From an uncultured Candidatus Saccharibacteria bacterium (GTDB lineage Bacteria; Patescibacteriota; Saccharimonadia; Saccharimonadales; Saccharimonadaceae), in assembly GCA_938042065.1 (NCBI GenBank), contig CALISG010000022.1:2049-66048 (forward strand): a stretch of DNA of 64,000 nt, given 5' to 3'. The notes beneath the pieces are model-generated. The model saw nothing but the letters and a program-made list of their open reading frames with translations. It made no database searches and had not been told where the DNA came from. How positions within the stretch are numbered: the first letter of the stretch is position 1; each line of letters starts with the position of its first letter. Position numbers and translations under genes: made by a program. This document shows, in pieces, positions 27,438 to 37,391 of this stretch.

Positions 27438-27636
27438 GTAGTTATTATAACGTAAAATCATCGTGGTGGGGTTACCAAAGACGATTCGCTTTTGATATAT
27501 AATAAAAATAGGACTTAGATATGTCCTAGCTCTTGTCGGAAGTATCCCGGGGCGGGTTGTTGTACTATTATAAATACTTTTATTAGTGCAATTGCCTGCT
27601 CTGGGATGTGCATGCCCAGGCAGAGGAGGGACGGCC

Positions 27637-27849
27637 ATGTTTGAGGCGGTATTTGTTGCTATTGTGATCGGGATCGGGATCGCCATAGTAATAGTATGGT
27701 CGATAGTTGATCATGTAAGGGGCGATGACTCCCCCTTCTTTGTGGTGGAGTCGCGTCAGGTTGTCCGCCCACCTGAGGCGGACGCCCTCTACGATGGCAT
27801 CTATGATTCTTTCGTAGAAAAGGACAATGAGGGCGACGACCGGCGATAG
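27637..27849 (+). CDS. Small single-TM protein with acidic tail
   Basis: SD GAGGAGG; hydrophobic N-terminus; flanked by long hairpins. Confidence 0.6.
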   Translation: MFEAVFVAIVIGIGIAIVIVWSIVDHVRGDDSPFFVVESRQVVRPPEADALYDGIYDSFVEKDNEGDDRR

Positions 27850-27975
27850 CACTGCGGCGTTAGGCGGCGAGACACCCTTGTCTTGCTGTCTAGCGCCGCC
27901 TTCTCATTCTGAAACAGTTTGTCTTATCATCTATGAAAACGTGCAGCCTGCTGGCGGGTGTGCTAAGATTTATGT

Positions 27976-29145
27976 ATGAAGGTTCTGATAGTAAGCGAAG
28001 TATATCGGCCTGGTGTTGGAGGCGTGCAGACAGCGCTGGATACTCTGATTGCTGGTCTGAAGGAGGCTGGCGACGAGGTGACGGTGTTAACTGGCTCGCC
28101 AGACGGTTTGTTTAGCCATTTCACAGAGGTAGATGAAATAAACGGTGCGAAAGTATTGCGGTTGCCAGCGGTAAAATGGATTGCTAATCGCGACAACAAC
28201 CGGGTGGCATTCTTGCCAAAAAGATTCGTGCGGCGATACTTTCGACAGAACCAGCCTGATATCATTCATCTGATGACGCCGATTTCATGGCTGCACAAAG
28301 CGGTCGTCCAGCAAGCTAGCCGGCGGCAGATTCCGATCGTCACGACTAATCACACCATGGCGCTGAATCTCGTGATGAATGCCAAAAACAAAACTATTGC
28401 CTGCTGGTTTGTCCGGATAGTCGAGGGCAAAATGTGCAAGCTAGTCAATCAAACCGCTTATATGACGGCGCCGACGCGCGCGGCATTAGCGACTACGCCA
28501 GCGATTCATATACCAACGAAAGCAGTTTCTAACGGTGTCAATGCGGTATTCTATACACCAGGTAAGGCTGACGAGAAGCTTTTGCAGCGTTTTGCGATTG
28601 ATGCGTTGCGGCCGGTGGTGGCCTATGTTGGGCGGCTTGACGGCGAGAAGCGGATTGACTTGCTGATTGCCGCGATGGAACGCTTGAAAACTGATGCGCA
28701 GTTGGTGATTATTGGCAAAGGTTTAATAGAAAAGCAACTGCGAAGTCAAGCAGCTAGTCTGGGTGATCGCTGTATTTTTACTGGTTTTGTTAGCGACGAG
28801 GAAAAGCGTGCTTTATTGCGGCGAGCAGATATACTCGCGATGGCTAGTCCTGCCGAGCTGCAATGTATTGCGGCGCTAGAAGCGCTGGCTTGCGGTACGC
28901 CAGTGGTGGTGTCTGATCAGGTTGCTCTGCCCGAGCTATTGGACGGCGGCAAGAATGGAGCCAGCTTTCATTATCCAGATGTGAGCGATCTAGCACACAA
29001 AATCGATGAACTGCTAAATGATGAGCCGCGCCGGCGCCAGATGGGCCGGGACGCTCGCCAGTGGATTATTGATAACCATACTTATGAACGCACCGTTGAT
29101 CAGTACCGCGAACTGTATGCCGAAATCGTTAAAACTTACTCGTAG
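27976..29145 (+). CDS. GT4 glycosyltransferase
   Basis: GGV, VGRLDGEK, ELQCIAALEALACG. Confidence 0.9.
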   Translation: MKVLIVSEVYRPGVGGVQTALDTLIAGLKEAGDEVTVLTGSPDGLFSHFTEVDEINGAKVLRLPAVKWIANRDNNRVAFLPKRFVRRYFRQNQPDIIHLMTPISWLHKAVVQQASRRQIPIVTTNHTMALNLVMNAKNKTIACWFVRIVEGKMCKLVNQTAYMTAPTRAALATTPAIHIPTKAVSNGVNAVFYTPGKADEKLLQRFAIDALRPVVAYVGRLDGEKRIDLLIAAMERLKTDAQLVIIGKGLIEKQLRSQAASLGDRCIFTGFVSDEEKRALLRRADILAMASPAELQCIAALEALACGTPVVVSDQVALPELLDGGKNGASFHYPDVSDLAHKIDELLNDEPRRRQMGRDARQWIIDNHTYERTVDQYRELYAEIVKTYS

Positions 29146-29188
29146 GCTTGTAATGTAAATTGTGGATAGAATAGATAGTTAGACGAGC

Positions 29189-29923
29189 TTATTTTGTTGT
29201 CTTTTTCTGTTTGCCGCCCATTTCGTATTCGTAAATGCGCTTCGTGACGCGCAGTCCGTGCGTGTAGCGGTAGAGTTCGCCGTATATTCCTTTGAATACT
29301 TGACGCAGCGAATTATTCTGATAGCGGCGGTCTAAGGTACGGTAGGTTATCTTGATGATGCCAGTTTTGTATTTCGCTCGTTTTGCCTTGAGTATGAAAT
29401 CATAATCCTCCATGATGTAAAGGGATGTGTCAAAGCCATTTAATGCATCAAAAACTTCGCGCGTGGCATACAAGCAGCCAAAGCCGATCGGCCACGGCGT
29501 GTGCTGCATTAGGCGCGCATAGGCATTCATTAAGTAGGCTCCAGCTCGAATACCGAATTTGTTTGACTGCATCCTCTGAATGAAGCTGCCTGCCTGGAGG
29601 CGTTTTTTGTTGATTTGCTTTTCGAATTTTTGCAAAAAATATTCTGGGAAAATTAAATCGGCGTCAGCGAAGATGATCATATCGCCTGTTGCCTTGCTGG
29701 CGCCATGGTTGCGAGCGTGTGCGGGACCTTTTTGCGTCGTGGCGGTAGTTTTTAGCGGCAATTTTTTGGCGTATGTTTTGGCTCGAGCTATGGTGTCGTC
29801 GGTGCAATTCGAGTCTACTACGATCACTTCGTCTGCTGGACGCGTTTGTCGGACTAGCGAGTCCAAGAGATTCTCGACGACGCCAGCCTCGTTCTTGCAA
29901 GGAATAATAATGCTAATTTTCAT
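29189..29923 (-). CDS. GT2 glycosyltransferase
   Basis: ISIIIP.KNE, VVDS, ARNHGA, FADAD, ED. Confidence 0.92.
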   Translation of the reverse strand: MKISIIIPCKNEAGVVENLLDSLVRQTRPADEVIVVDSNCTDDTIARAKTYAKKLPLKTTATTQKGPAHARNHGASKATGDMIIFADADLIFPEYFLQKFEKQINKKRLQAGSFIQRMQSNKFGIRAGAYLMNAYARLMQHTPWPIGFGCLYATREVFDALNGFDTSLYIMEDYDFILKAKRAKYKTGIIKITYRTLDRRYQNNSLRQVFKGIYGELYRYTHGLRVTKRIYEYEMGGKQKKTTK

Positions 29924-29943
29924 AAAACTAGTATAATGGTATT

Positions 29944-30774
29944 GTGTCCGAAATTCCAACTTTGAGAGAATTATACGATGAATTAGGCTGCCGGGACCAG
30001 ACGGTCGACGGCGTTTGCTGGCTTGAGTGTAATACTAGCGCCGATAAAACTGCGATTCTGTTCCACGGCGTGACTGGCGGCAAAATAGACATGATGCCGC
30101 TAGCCAAGCGGTACGTTAATTTTGGCTATGCCGTGTACGCGATAGATTTACCGGGGCATGGCGGCTCGGTGCGCCCGTCCCTGGAAAGCTACGAAGATCT
30201 GGGCGATTGGTTTACTAAAGTTCTGGCACAAATCGGCCGAACGCCAGATTTGATTGTCAGTAATTCGTTTTCGTCATCGATAATTTATCATGCGCTGCGC
30301 ACTGGCAGAGTTCCGTCGGCGGCGAAGATTGTTATGGCTTGCCCGACGCCAGACACTACTCATCTTGCAAATATGTTGCAAAGGTTGTCTAATAATTTTC
30401 CTGAAAAGCCTGGTTGGTACATCTACAACAGCAAGCCTATCCAAAATATTCGCACTGTGCTTGCGTTGAAAACCCGCCGGCAGGAAGCTTGGCAGTGGCT
30501 GCGTGAGTCAGAGAGCTACAAGAAGGATTATTTGACTTTGCGTGATTCTGAAATTTTGACTACTATGCTGTACGAGCAAAATCCTTTCGTCGAAGGTGTG
30601 CCGCTTGATAGCCAGCGGCGCGTAACGGTGATTCTGGGCGGTAAAGACAATATCATTACTTCGAAAACACCTGAAATTATCCGCCAGTTATTGCCTGAAA
30701 CGCAGATTATCAGCGCCCCGTCAGCTGGCCATATTTTGCAGTTCGAAGCAGTTGAATCCTATCCGGATAGCTAA
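29944..30774 (+). CDS. Alpha/beta hydrolase
   Basis: FHG, DLPGHGGS, atypical SNSFS nucleophile elbow, GGKD, AGH. Confidence 0.8.
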   Translation: MSEIPTLRELYDELGCRDQTVDGVCWLECNTSADKTAILFHGVTGGKIDMMPLAKRYVNFGYAVYAIDLPGHGGSVRPSLESYEDLGDWFTKVLAQIGRTPDLIVSNSFSSSIIYHALRTGRVPSAAKIVMACPTPDTTHLANMLQRLSNNFPEKPGWYIYNSKPIQNIRTVLALKTRRQEAWQWLRESESYKKDYLTLRDSEILTTMLYEQNPFVEGVPLDSQRRVTVILGGKDNIITSKTPEIIRQLLPETQIISAPSAGHILQFEAVESYPDS

Positions 30775-30834
30775 AGAGCTGTGCTCTACCTACTTGTCTC
30801 TGGGGTTGGCGCGTGTGGTATAATAAGGAGAGTT

Positions 30835-32100
30835 ATGAGAATCGCTTTCTTTATTGACGATTATTTGCCGTCGGTGCATGGCGTGGCGACGTCGACTTTG
30901 AACTATAAGCAGGCTTTGGAGTCGCTTGGGCATGAGGTTTTCGTGGTAGCGCCAAAATGCGAAGGCTACGAGGACCACGACGATCACGTCATTCGCTTGC
31001 CATCAGCCAAGAATTATGTTTTTGATAAGCGTGAAATGGCGGTTATTTACCCTGGCCTAGCCAGGAAGCTTGATGAATACCAGTTTGATATCGTGCATAG
31101 CCAAATGCAATTTTATATGGGCGTACTGGCACACAGCGTGGCTAAGCGGCAGAATGTACCGCATGTGACGACTATTCACACACTTTATGTTGAATTAGTT
31201 AATGATTATCCGTTTATGGTGACTTCCGGCTTGATTGCGGCGACAGCGGCGTTTCCGGTAGTGTTGCGAACAAGGCCGATTTTGCCGAAAGCCTCGCGCG
31301 AGCAGTTGCGCTCAATGAGCAAAAGCACTATCAAAGATATCATGTCGCGCCAGGGCTGGCGGCTGATGGCGGCGTTTGCTAATAAGTGTGATGCTTGCAT
31401 TGCGCCGTCGAAACACCTCGAGCGGATGCTGATCGAAGATGGCGGCTTGACGGTGCCATGCTACGTTTTCCCGAACGGTATTGACACCAAGCGCTATAAG
31501 AAAGCGTCGGCGGCTGATTCGCCGATTGAAAAGCGTCCTGGTGAGAAGTTTATCATTTCAGTGGCGCGGCTGAGTCCAGAGAAGCGCCAGCGAACTTTGA
31601 TTGAGGCCATGCCGCACATTCGCAGCAAAAAAGTTAAACTAGTTTTAGTCGGCGGCGGTCCGTACGAGGAGGAATTGCGACAGCGCGTTGAGGAGTTGGG
31701 CGTCGGCGATCGAGTAATTTTCGCTGGTATGCGTTCGGGCGACGAGGTAGCGGCGATGCTCAAGCAGGCTGATGTATTCTCGCTGGCGTCGTATCATTTT
31801 GATAACCAGCCAATGACTTTCCTAGAGGCGGCGGCTAGCGGTTTGCCGATTGTTTACTGCGACGAACGGATGACCGAGGCTTTGACCGAACGCAACGCTG
31901 TCTTGACTGATGGTATTGAAGGCAAAGATTTCGCAAAAGTATTTAATGATTTGTTTGCGTACCCAGAGAAAATCGAGGAGTTGTCGCGCGGCGCGTTGAG
32001 CGTTGCCAAGAAGTTTGATTCGACGGCGATGGCCAAAAAGATGGTTGAGCTGTATGAAAGTTTGGTTTCGTCCCATCAAGCGCTGGAAGAGGAGCAGTAG
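30835..32100 (+). CDS. GT4 glycosyltransferase (diacylglycerol glucosyltransferase-like)
   Basis: MRIAFFIDDYLPSVHGVATS, HTLY, RLSPEK, DNQPMTFLEA. Confidence 0.88.
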   Translation: MRIAFFIDDYLPSVHGVATSTLNYKQALESLGHEVFVVAPKCEGYEDHDDHVIRLPSAKNYVFDKREMAVIYPGLARKLDEYQFDIVHSQMQFYMGVLAHSVAKRQNVPHVTTIHTLYVELVNDYPFMVTSGLIAATAAFPVVLRTRPILPKASREQLRSMSKSTIKDIMSRQGWRLMAAFANKCDACIAPSKHLERMLIEDGGLTVPCYVFPNGIDTKRYKKASAADSPIEKRPGEKFIISVARLSPEKRQRTLIEAMPHIRSKKVKLVLVGGGPYEEELRQRVEELGVGDRVIFAGMRSGDEVAAMLKQADVFSLASYHFDNQPMTFLEAAASGLPIVYCDERMTEALTERNAVLTDGIEGKDFAKVFNDLFAYPEKIEELSRGALSVAKKFDSTAMAKKMVELYESLVSSHQALEEEQ

Positions 32101-32136
32101 CAGTTCAGGGTGCGAGATTCGGTGTATTCGGCGCAG

Positions 32137-32622
32137 CTAAAATTTGCGCAAAATGCGGCTGTGTTCGCGTTCTAGGTCGCGCTGCTTGATGGTTTGGCGT
32201 TTGTCGTAGCGTTTTTTACCCTTGCCTAGAGCAATGACTAATTTGATATAGCGTCCGCTAGTAAGCAGTTTGGTTGGAACGATAGTGAAGCCTTCTTTTT
32301 TGCGAGCAGCTAATTGATCGATTTGGCGCCGGCTGGCCAGCAGTTTGCGCGGACTAGTATTGACAGTGTGCGCATTTGGCGTGCCGCGTTCGTTCTGCCG
32401 CAAGCTAAAACTGGCGTTGTTAAGCCACAGCTCGCCGCCGCGAATAGTGACGTAAGCGCCTTTGAGCTGGACGTGGCCTTCTCTGGCTGCTCGCACTTCG
32501 AGTCCGGTTAAACTTAGGCCTGCTACGATTTCATCGCCAAGTTCATAATCAAACCGCGCTCGGCGATTAACGATCGTTTGCATAGCTAGCTTTTTTGTCT
32601 TAGCGCTAGATTTCTTAGACAT
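32137..32622 (-). CDS. smpB: SsrA-binding protein
   Basis: NRRARFDY, GLSLTGLEV, RKLL, KGKKRYDKR. Confidence 0.96.
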   Translation of the reverse strand: MSKKSSAKTKKLAMQTIVNRRARFDYELGDEIVAGLSLTGLEVRAAREGHVQLKGAYVTIRGGELWLNNASFSLRQNERGTPNAHTVNTSPRKLLASRRQIDQLAARKKEGFTIVPTKLLTSGRYIKLVIALGKGKKRYDKRQTIKQRDLEREHSRILRKF

Positions 32623-32716
32623 ATGTTAATTATAACAGGTTTAAGACTTATATTATACAACATTTATGATTAAAATACAATAGTGCTCGGGGTTGCTCTC
32701 TGTTACAATAGAATGA

Positions 32717-34447
32717 ATGATAGCTGATGTTCACATTACTGACAAAAGTTTTGGCGACAAGCAGTTGATGAGCGACGTTAAATTCAGCGTCAACGACGGC
32801 GAGAAAGTCGGGCTGATTGGCCGCAACGGCGTTGGCAAATCGACGCTATTTGGCATGTTGGCGGGAGTGGATAGCGACTATAGAGGGTCGGTTGTTTTCC
32901 GGCGCGGCAGCACGATTGTAGCGACGGCGCAGGAACACCATAGTTTGGGTGATATTACAGTCCTGGAATATATCCTGCGCGGGCTGCCGGAATACGCGCG
33001 GCTGCGGCACATTTTGACGACTTATCCGGCGGCGATGGGTAGCGATATGCGCAAGATCGAGGAGTACAGCCAGGCGTTGGAGCGCTTTGGACAGAAAGAT
33101 TTTTATCGCGTTGAAGAACTGGTGGCTGAGGAGTTGAAAAATTTCCAGATGGAAGGTTTTGGCGAGCACCAATTGGCGACTTTGAGCGGCGGGCAGAAAC
33201 GCTTGGTCGAAGTTGTGAAAATCATGCATGCGCAAGCGGATCTAGCATTGATTGACGAGCCGACTAATCATATGGATTATATTGCCAAGAAGCAGTTTAT
33301 TGATTGGATGAAAAGCACCCGCCAAGCGATGTTGATCATCACTCATGACCGCGATGTACTGGCAGAGGTTGATCGAATTGTTGAGCTGCGCGATGGCGCA
33401 TCAGTGAGTTATCGCGGTAATTATGATGATTATTTGCGCCAAAATGCCTCAGCGACAGGCAATGCTATGCAGGATTATGAACAAACCGAACGGCGGATTG
33501 CTAATTTGCGCGACAAAGTTCTGCAATTTCGCCGCCTGAAAGAAAAAGCCCGCGATCCTGGCACGATCGCACAATTCAAGCGGCGTGAGAACCAAGCGGC
33601 GGCCGAGCTAGAGAAACTGGAGAAAATCGACAAGCCGACTTTTTGGATTGACAGAGAGAATGTGGCGCAATTGGATTATAAAGTAGCTGACCGCTATCAA
33701 AAATTTAAATCTCGCAATATTCGTTTGAATATGCGAGACGGCGCTATGCGTTCGCAGCGCAAGCTTGTCGAGGCTCGCGATTTGGCGCTAGGCTTCGACA
33801 AGCGGATTTTGTTCGAGGGTGTTAACATCGATTTGCGCGAAGGCGAAGCTATCGAGCTGCGCGGCCGCAATGGCGCTGGCAAGACGACGCTGATTCGGGC
33901 GTTGATGGCAAATGCGTCCTCTAGCGATGCTTCCTCTGGCCGGCTTCGTAAAACGGCTCAAGTCACGCCCCAGCTAGCTCAGGCTTTGATTGAGGATACT
34001 GTTCAATCTGTCCCAATTGTTTATGCTGGTTCTCTCTATCTCGATCCGCATATTCGCGTTGGTATTTACGAGCAAGAGATAGCGGCGACTTATCTGAACT
34101 TGCCGCTGGCGCGAGCGATTGAGCAGATGTATCTCGATCGCGGGCTGAAAATTAATGACACCAAAATCCGCCAGCTGATGGGCGATTACCTTTTTGTTGA
34201 GAGCGATGGCGCGGTGCCCTTGGCTAACTTGAGCGGCGGGCAAAAAGCTCGGTTTCAGCTCATTAGTATGCTAGCGAACGAGCCGCAACTGCTGATTTTG
34301 GACGAGCCGACCAATCACCTGGATTTGCCTTCAATCGAGGAGCTGGAAGCGGCGCTCGAGCGCTACGCTGGCGCAATTTTGTATGTCAGCCACGACGATT
34401 ATTTTCGGCGCAAAATCGGCGGTTCGGTTGTTCAGATTGGCAGCTAA
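32717..34447 (+). CDS. ABC-F family ATPase
   Basis: Two NBDs (GRNGVGKS, GRNGAGKT; LSGGQ; DEPTNH), no TM. Confidence 0.93.
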   Translation: MIADVHITDKSFGDKQLMSDVKFSVNDGEKVGLIGRNGVGKSTLFGMLAGVDSDYRGSVVFRRGSTIVATAQEHHSLGDITVLEYILRGLPEYARLRHILTTYPAAMGSDMRKIEEYSQALERFGQKDFYRVEELVAEELKNFQMEGFGEHQLATLSGGQKRLVEVVKIMHAQADLALIDEPTNHMDYIAKKQFIDWMKSTRQAMLIITHDRDVLAEVDRIVELRDGASVSYRGNYDDYLRQNASATGNAMQDYEQTERRIANLRDKVLQFRRLKEKARDPGTIAQFKRRENQAAAELEKLEKIDKPTFWIDRENVAQLDYKVADRYQKFKSRNIRLNMRDGAMRSQRKLVEARDLALGFDKRILFEGVNIDLREGEAIELRGRNGAGKTTLIRALMANASSSDASSGRLRKTAQVTPQLAQALIEDTVQSVPIVYAGSLYLDPHIRVGIYEQEIAATYLNLPLARAIEQMYLDRGLKINDTKIRQLMGDYLFVESDGAVPLANLSGGQKARFQLISMLANEPQLLILDEPTNHLDLPSIEELEAALERYAGAILYVSHDDYFRRKIGGSVVQIGS

Positions 34448-34519
34448 CGGACTGCTTTTCCTGAACGCGCTCTTGTTGTGGTACGGCACGTATCAGGGCT
34501 AGAATGTATTTACGTAAAA

Positions 34520-35293
34520 TTAATTTGAATAATCGCCGCCCGTAACATTGAAGTACTCTTCGAGAGTTTTAATCTCGCGCTTTTTCATGTCTTGAGCAGT
34601 TTCGCGGCCAACGTAACGCCAGTGCCAAGACTCGACGACATAGCCGGTGATATTTTTGGCGTTGTCAGGATAGCGCTGGATGAAACCGTACTCGGCGGCG
34701 TGCTCGGCCAGCCACTTGTATGTTGGCGTAGTGGCGAAGCACTGCAGGACGCAATTATCCGCCTTGAGGTCGACAGCTAAGCCAGTTTGATGTTCACTGC
34801 AGCCTGGCCGGGCGCTAGACGAGTCGGCTTCTTTCTGATTGCTATGTTTGACCCAATAGTCATAAGTTTCGACTTGGTCGTTGTAAGATCGGTAGCCGCT
34901 AGTCGAGGCTAACGGCATTTTTGCTTGCGTGGCGGCGGCTTTCATGGCGTTATATTGGGTGGCGGCCTCTTTGCGCAAGGATATCCCCTTTTCGATAGGC
35001 GCCAAATCATTCGGCTGCCAAGTTTTTGGCTCGAAGCAGTGCTTTTTGTTAATAACAATGATCGTGCTGTTGTAGTCTTTTAAGACTTTCTTGCGGAGGG
35101 CGGCTTTTTCGGCCCAAGCTTTTTGCTGGGCGGCAGCGAGCTTGTCGGCGGTTTCCTGCTCTTTGGCCCTGATGTCTTTAGCGGTTTTGTAATAATCTAG
35201 CCCAGTGAAGGTAGCTAGACCTAATGTCGCTGAAAAAGCTAGCGTAATCACAAGCACGCTAAACTTATGCTTATTCAAAAATTCACCCTTCAT
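34520..35293 (-). CDS. VanY-like D,D-carboxypeptidase (M15B)
   Basis: SGYRS, SEHQTGLAVD, ESWHWRYVG; N-terminal TM. Confidence 0.92.
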   Translation of the reverse strand: MKGEFLNKHKFSVLVITLAFSATLGLATFTGLDYYKTAKDIRAKEQETADKLAAAQQKAWAEKAALRKKVLKDYNSTIIVINKKHCFEPKTWQPNDLAPIEKGISLRKEAATQYNAMKAAATQAKMPLASTSGYRSYNDQVETYDYWVKHSNQKEADSSSARPGCSEHQTGLAVDLKADNCVLQCFATTPTYKWLAEHAAEYGFIQRYPDNAKNITGYVVESWHWRYVGRETAQDMKKREIKTLEEYFNVTGGDYSN

Positions 35294-35477
35294 AATTTAT
35301 AATTCTATTCTACCACAACTAAGCGCCAGCGGTATAGAAATCTTTGCAAGTTGATTAGTTAAAGTTGCGACAATGGTCGAGTAATATCAATTGACTCTAA
35401 TGGGTAAAGTTTGATATCAGTAGCCGATAGGAGACGCTGCGTAAAGTACTTTGAAGTACGTGAATTGTTGTGCGATA

Positions 35478-35924
35478 TCATTCAGCTTGAGTAGTATCAA
35501 TGATGTTGCGTTTATATTTTCCTATAGCCACACCGCCGCCAGCAAAAGCTAAAGCGACAAGCGTATATACAACTTTGGTGATAAACATAACGTCATAGTA
35601 ATTGCGCAGCGCAAAATACCATCCTAGTCCAGCAAGAATGAGGATTATTCCCGTCGTGCGCCATGAGTGAGACTTAATGCCGAATGAAATCAAGTAGGAC
35701 CCCAGCCCAAAAAGTACAAGAAACAAAACGGTATTTATTGCGCAGACAGGTATGTCAAGATACATATCGGATGCTTTAAGACCAATCTGGATATTATATA
35801 TGGGAAATTCTTGAACAACCGCCGGGTCTTGCTTAACTGGAGTCAGCAGCCAGCCTAAGAAACCAGATTGATGAATAATATTCCAGCCTGCCTCATGTGC
35901 CAAGAAACGAAAACAATCGTACAT
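35478..35924 (-). CDS. Membrane protein
   Basis: Three hydrophobic helices; adjacent to the tRNA-Pro 3' end. Confidence 0.6.
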   Translation of the reverse strand: MYDCFRFLAHEAGWNIIHQSGFLGWLLTPVKQDPAVVQEFPIYNIQIGLKASDMYLDIPVCAINTVLFLVLFGLGSYLISFGIKSHSWRTTGIILILAGLGWYFALRNYYDVMFITKVVYTLVALAFAGGGVAIGKYKRNIIDTTQAE

Positions 35925-36069
35925 TGTATTCTAATTGTAGCATAGATCAATACCTCGCCGGTAGGGGTCGCTAAGTCGCATCAGGCACAAGACCCGACCC
36001 CACGACCCCGCCCGCACACAACCGAACATGCCCGAACAAGCCCAAAACACCCCCAAAACCCTCAAAATC

Positions 36070-36107
36070 AAACAAAAACCCGCGCCACGGGTTCACCATG
36101 ACACGGG
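36070..36107 (-). terminator. Terminator downstream of tRNA-Pro
   Basis: AAACCCGTGTCATGG...CCGTGGCGCGGGTTT then TTGTTT. Confidence 0.7.
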
Positions 36108-36124
36108 TTTGAGTACGGGCTCAA

Positions 36125-36201
36125 TGGTCGGGGTGACTGGATTTGAACCAGCGACCTCACCGTCCCGAACGGTGCGCGCTACCAAGCTGCGCCACACCCC
36201 G
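36125..36201 (-). tRNA. tRNA-Pro(CGG)
   Basis: CGGGGTG...CACCCCG-A-CCA; TT-CGG-GA loop. Confidence 0.96.
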
Positions 36202-36249
36202 ACACTTAGCCTATTATATCCTAGGCGCCGGAGTGTGTAAACTATTTAG

Positions 36250-36675
36250 TTAGTCAACAACTTCTACGCCCATGCTGCGAGCGGTACCAGCAACTACCTT
36301 GACGGCGCCGTCTAAATCAATAGCGTTGAGCTGATCCATCTTGGTTTTGGCGATTTCCTCGAGCTGGGCGCGAGTGATTTTGCCGACTTTATCGACGTGC
36401 GGCTTGCCGCTGCCCTTTTGGATGCCGATAGCACTGCGGATCATGTCGTCGACTGGCTGGCCCAAGCAGTTCCAGGTGAAAGTGCGGTCTTTGTAGACTT
36501 GAATGTGCACGATGACATCTTTGCCCATCATGCCTTTGGTGGCTTCATTGAATGGATTGATAAAGTCCATCATATTCAAGCCCCACTGGCCAAGCGTCGA
36601 ACCGACTGGAGGTCCGGCGGTAGCGCGGCCAGCCGGAATGCGTAACTTTAAGTTACCAATAATTTTCTTTGCCAT
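36250..36675 (-). CDS. rplK: 50S ribosomal protein L11
   Basis: AGRATAGPPVG, GTARSMG. Confidence 0.97.
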   Translation of the reverse strand: MAKKIIGNLKLRIPAGRATAGPPVGSTLGQWGLNMMDFINPFNEATKGMMGKDVIVHIQVYKDRTFTWNCLGQPVDDMIRSAIGIQKGSGKPHVDKVGKITRAQLEEIAKTKMDQLNAIDLDGAVKVVAGTARSMGVEVVD

Positions 36676-36832
36676 AATTTTCCTTTACTAAATATATTGA
36701 GAAGCTGATATTTAGTGCGTAACTGCTATAGTATAGCGTGTTTTACGAGATTACGCAAGCTAAAGCTCGGCGAGTTGTACGGTTTTGCAGAGCTTCAGCT
36801 CTCTTGCTGTGATAGGATTTTTGATTGGCGGC

Positions 36833-37381
36833 CTAGACTTTTTTGACTTGCAAAGCATCGAGCTCGACTGGCGTGTCGCGGCCGAACATGCTGACCATGA
36901 TTTTGAGAGTGCCTTTGGCTGAGTCGATTTCGCTGACAGTGCCGTCGAATCCCTTGAATGGTCCGTCGATAATGTTGACTACCTCGCCTTCTGTGAAGTC
37001 GATTTGGTGTTTTGGATCCTCAACGTTCATGCGCTTTTTAATTTTGGTAATTTCTGCTTCGGAAACTGGAGTTGGCGAGGTGCCGCTACCGACAAAGCCG
37101 GTAACGCCTGGCGTGTTGCGGACGATATACCAAGTTTCGTCGGTTAATTTCATCTCGACCAAGACGTAACCCTGAAAAATGATGGCATTGATGATTTTGC
37201 GCTTGCCATTTTTGATTTGAACTTGCTTTTCTTTCGGCACAATGGCATCAAAAATTTTATCAGCCATGTCGATGGTTTGAGCGCGCTGGCGAATGCTTTC
37301 AGCGACTTTTTCCTCGTAGCCGCTGTAAGTATGGATGGCATACCATTGCCGCGAGCTGTCATAACGATTTGATTTTGCCAT
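36833..37381 (-). CDS. nusG: Transcription factor NusG
   Basis: WYAIHTYSGYE, NTPGVTGFVG, KOW. Confidence 0.97.
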   Translation of the reverse strand: MAKSNRYDSSRQWYAIHTYSGYEEKVAESIRQRAQTIDMADKIFDAIVPKEKQVQIKNGKRKIINAIIFQGYVLVEMKLTDETWYIVRNTPGVTGFVGSGTSPTPVSEAEITKIKKRMNVEDPKHQIDFTEGEVVNIIDGPFKGFDGTVSEIDSAKGTLKIMVSMFGRDTPVELDALQVKKV

Positions 37382-37391
37382 AAGATCCTTT

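Noticed and set aside
1838..35293. VanX- and VanY-like genes as a vancomycin-resistance system
   Set aside because: They are 32 kb apart, with no vanA/vanH/vanRS cluster.
36028..36240. 70-aa ORF, and other short ORFs overlapping tRNAs or antisense to core genes
   Set aside because: Shadow frames of tRNA-Pro and of well-supported genes on the opposite strand.
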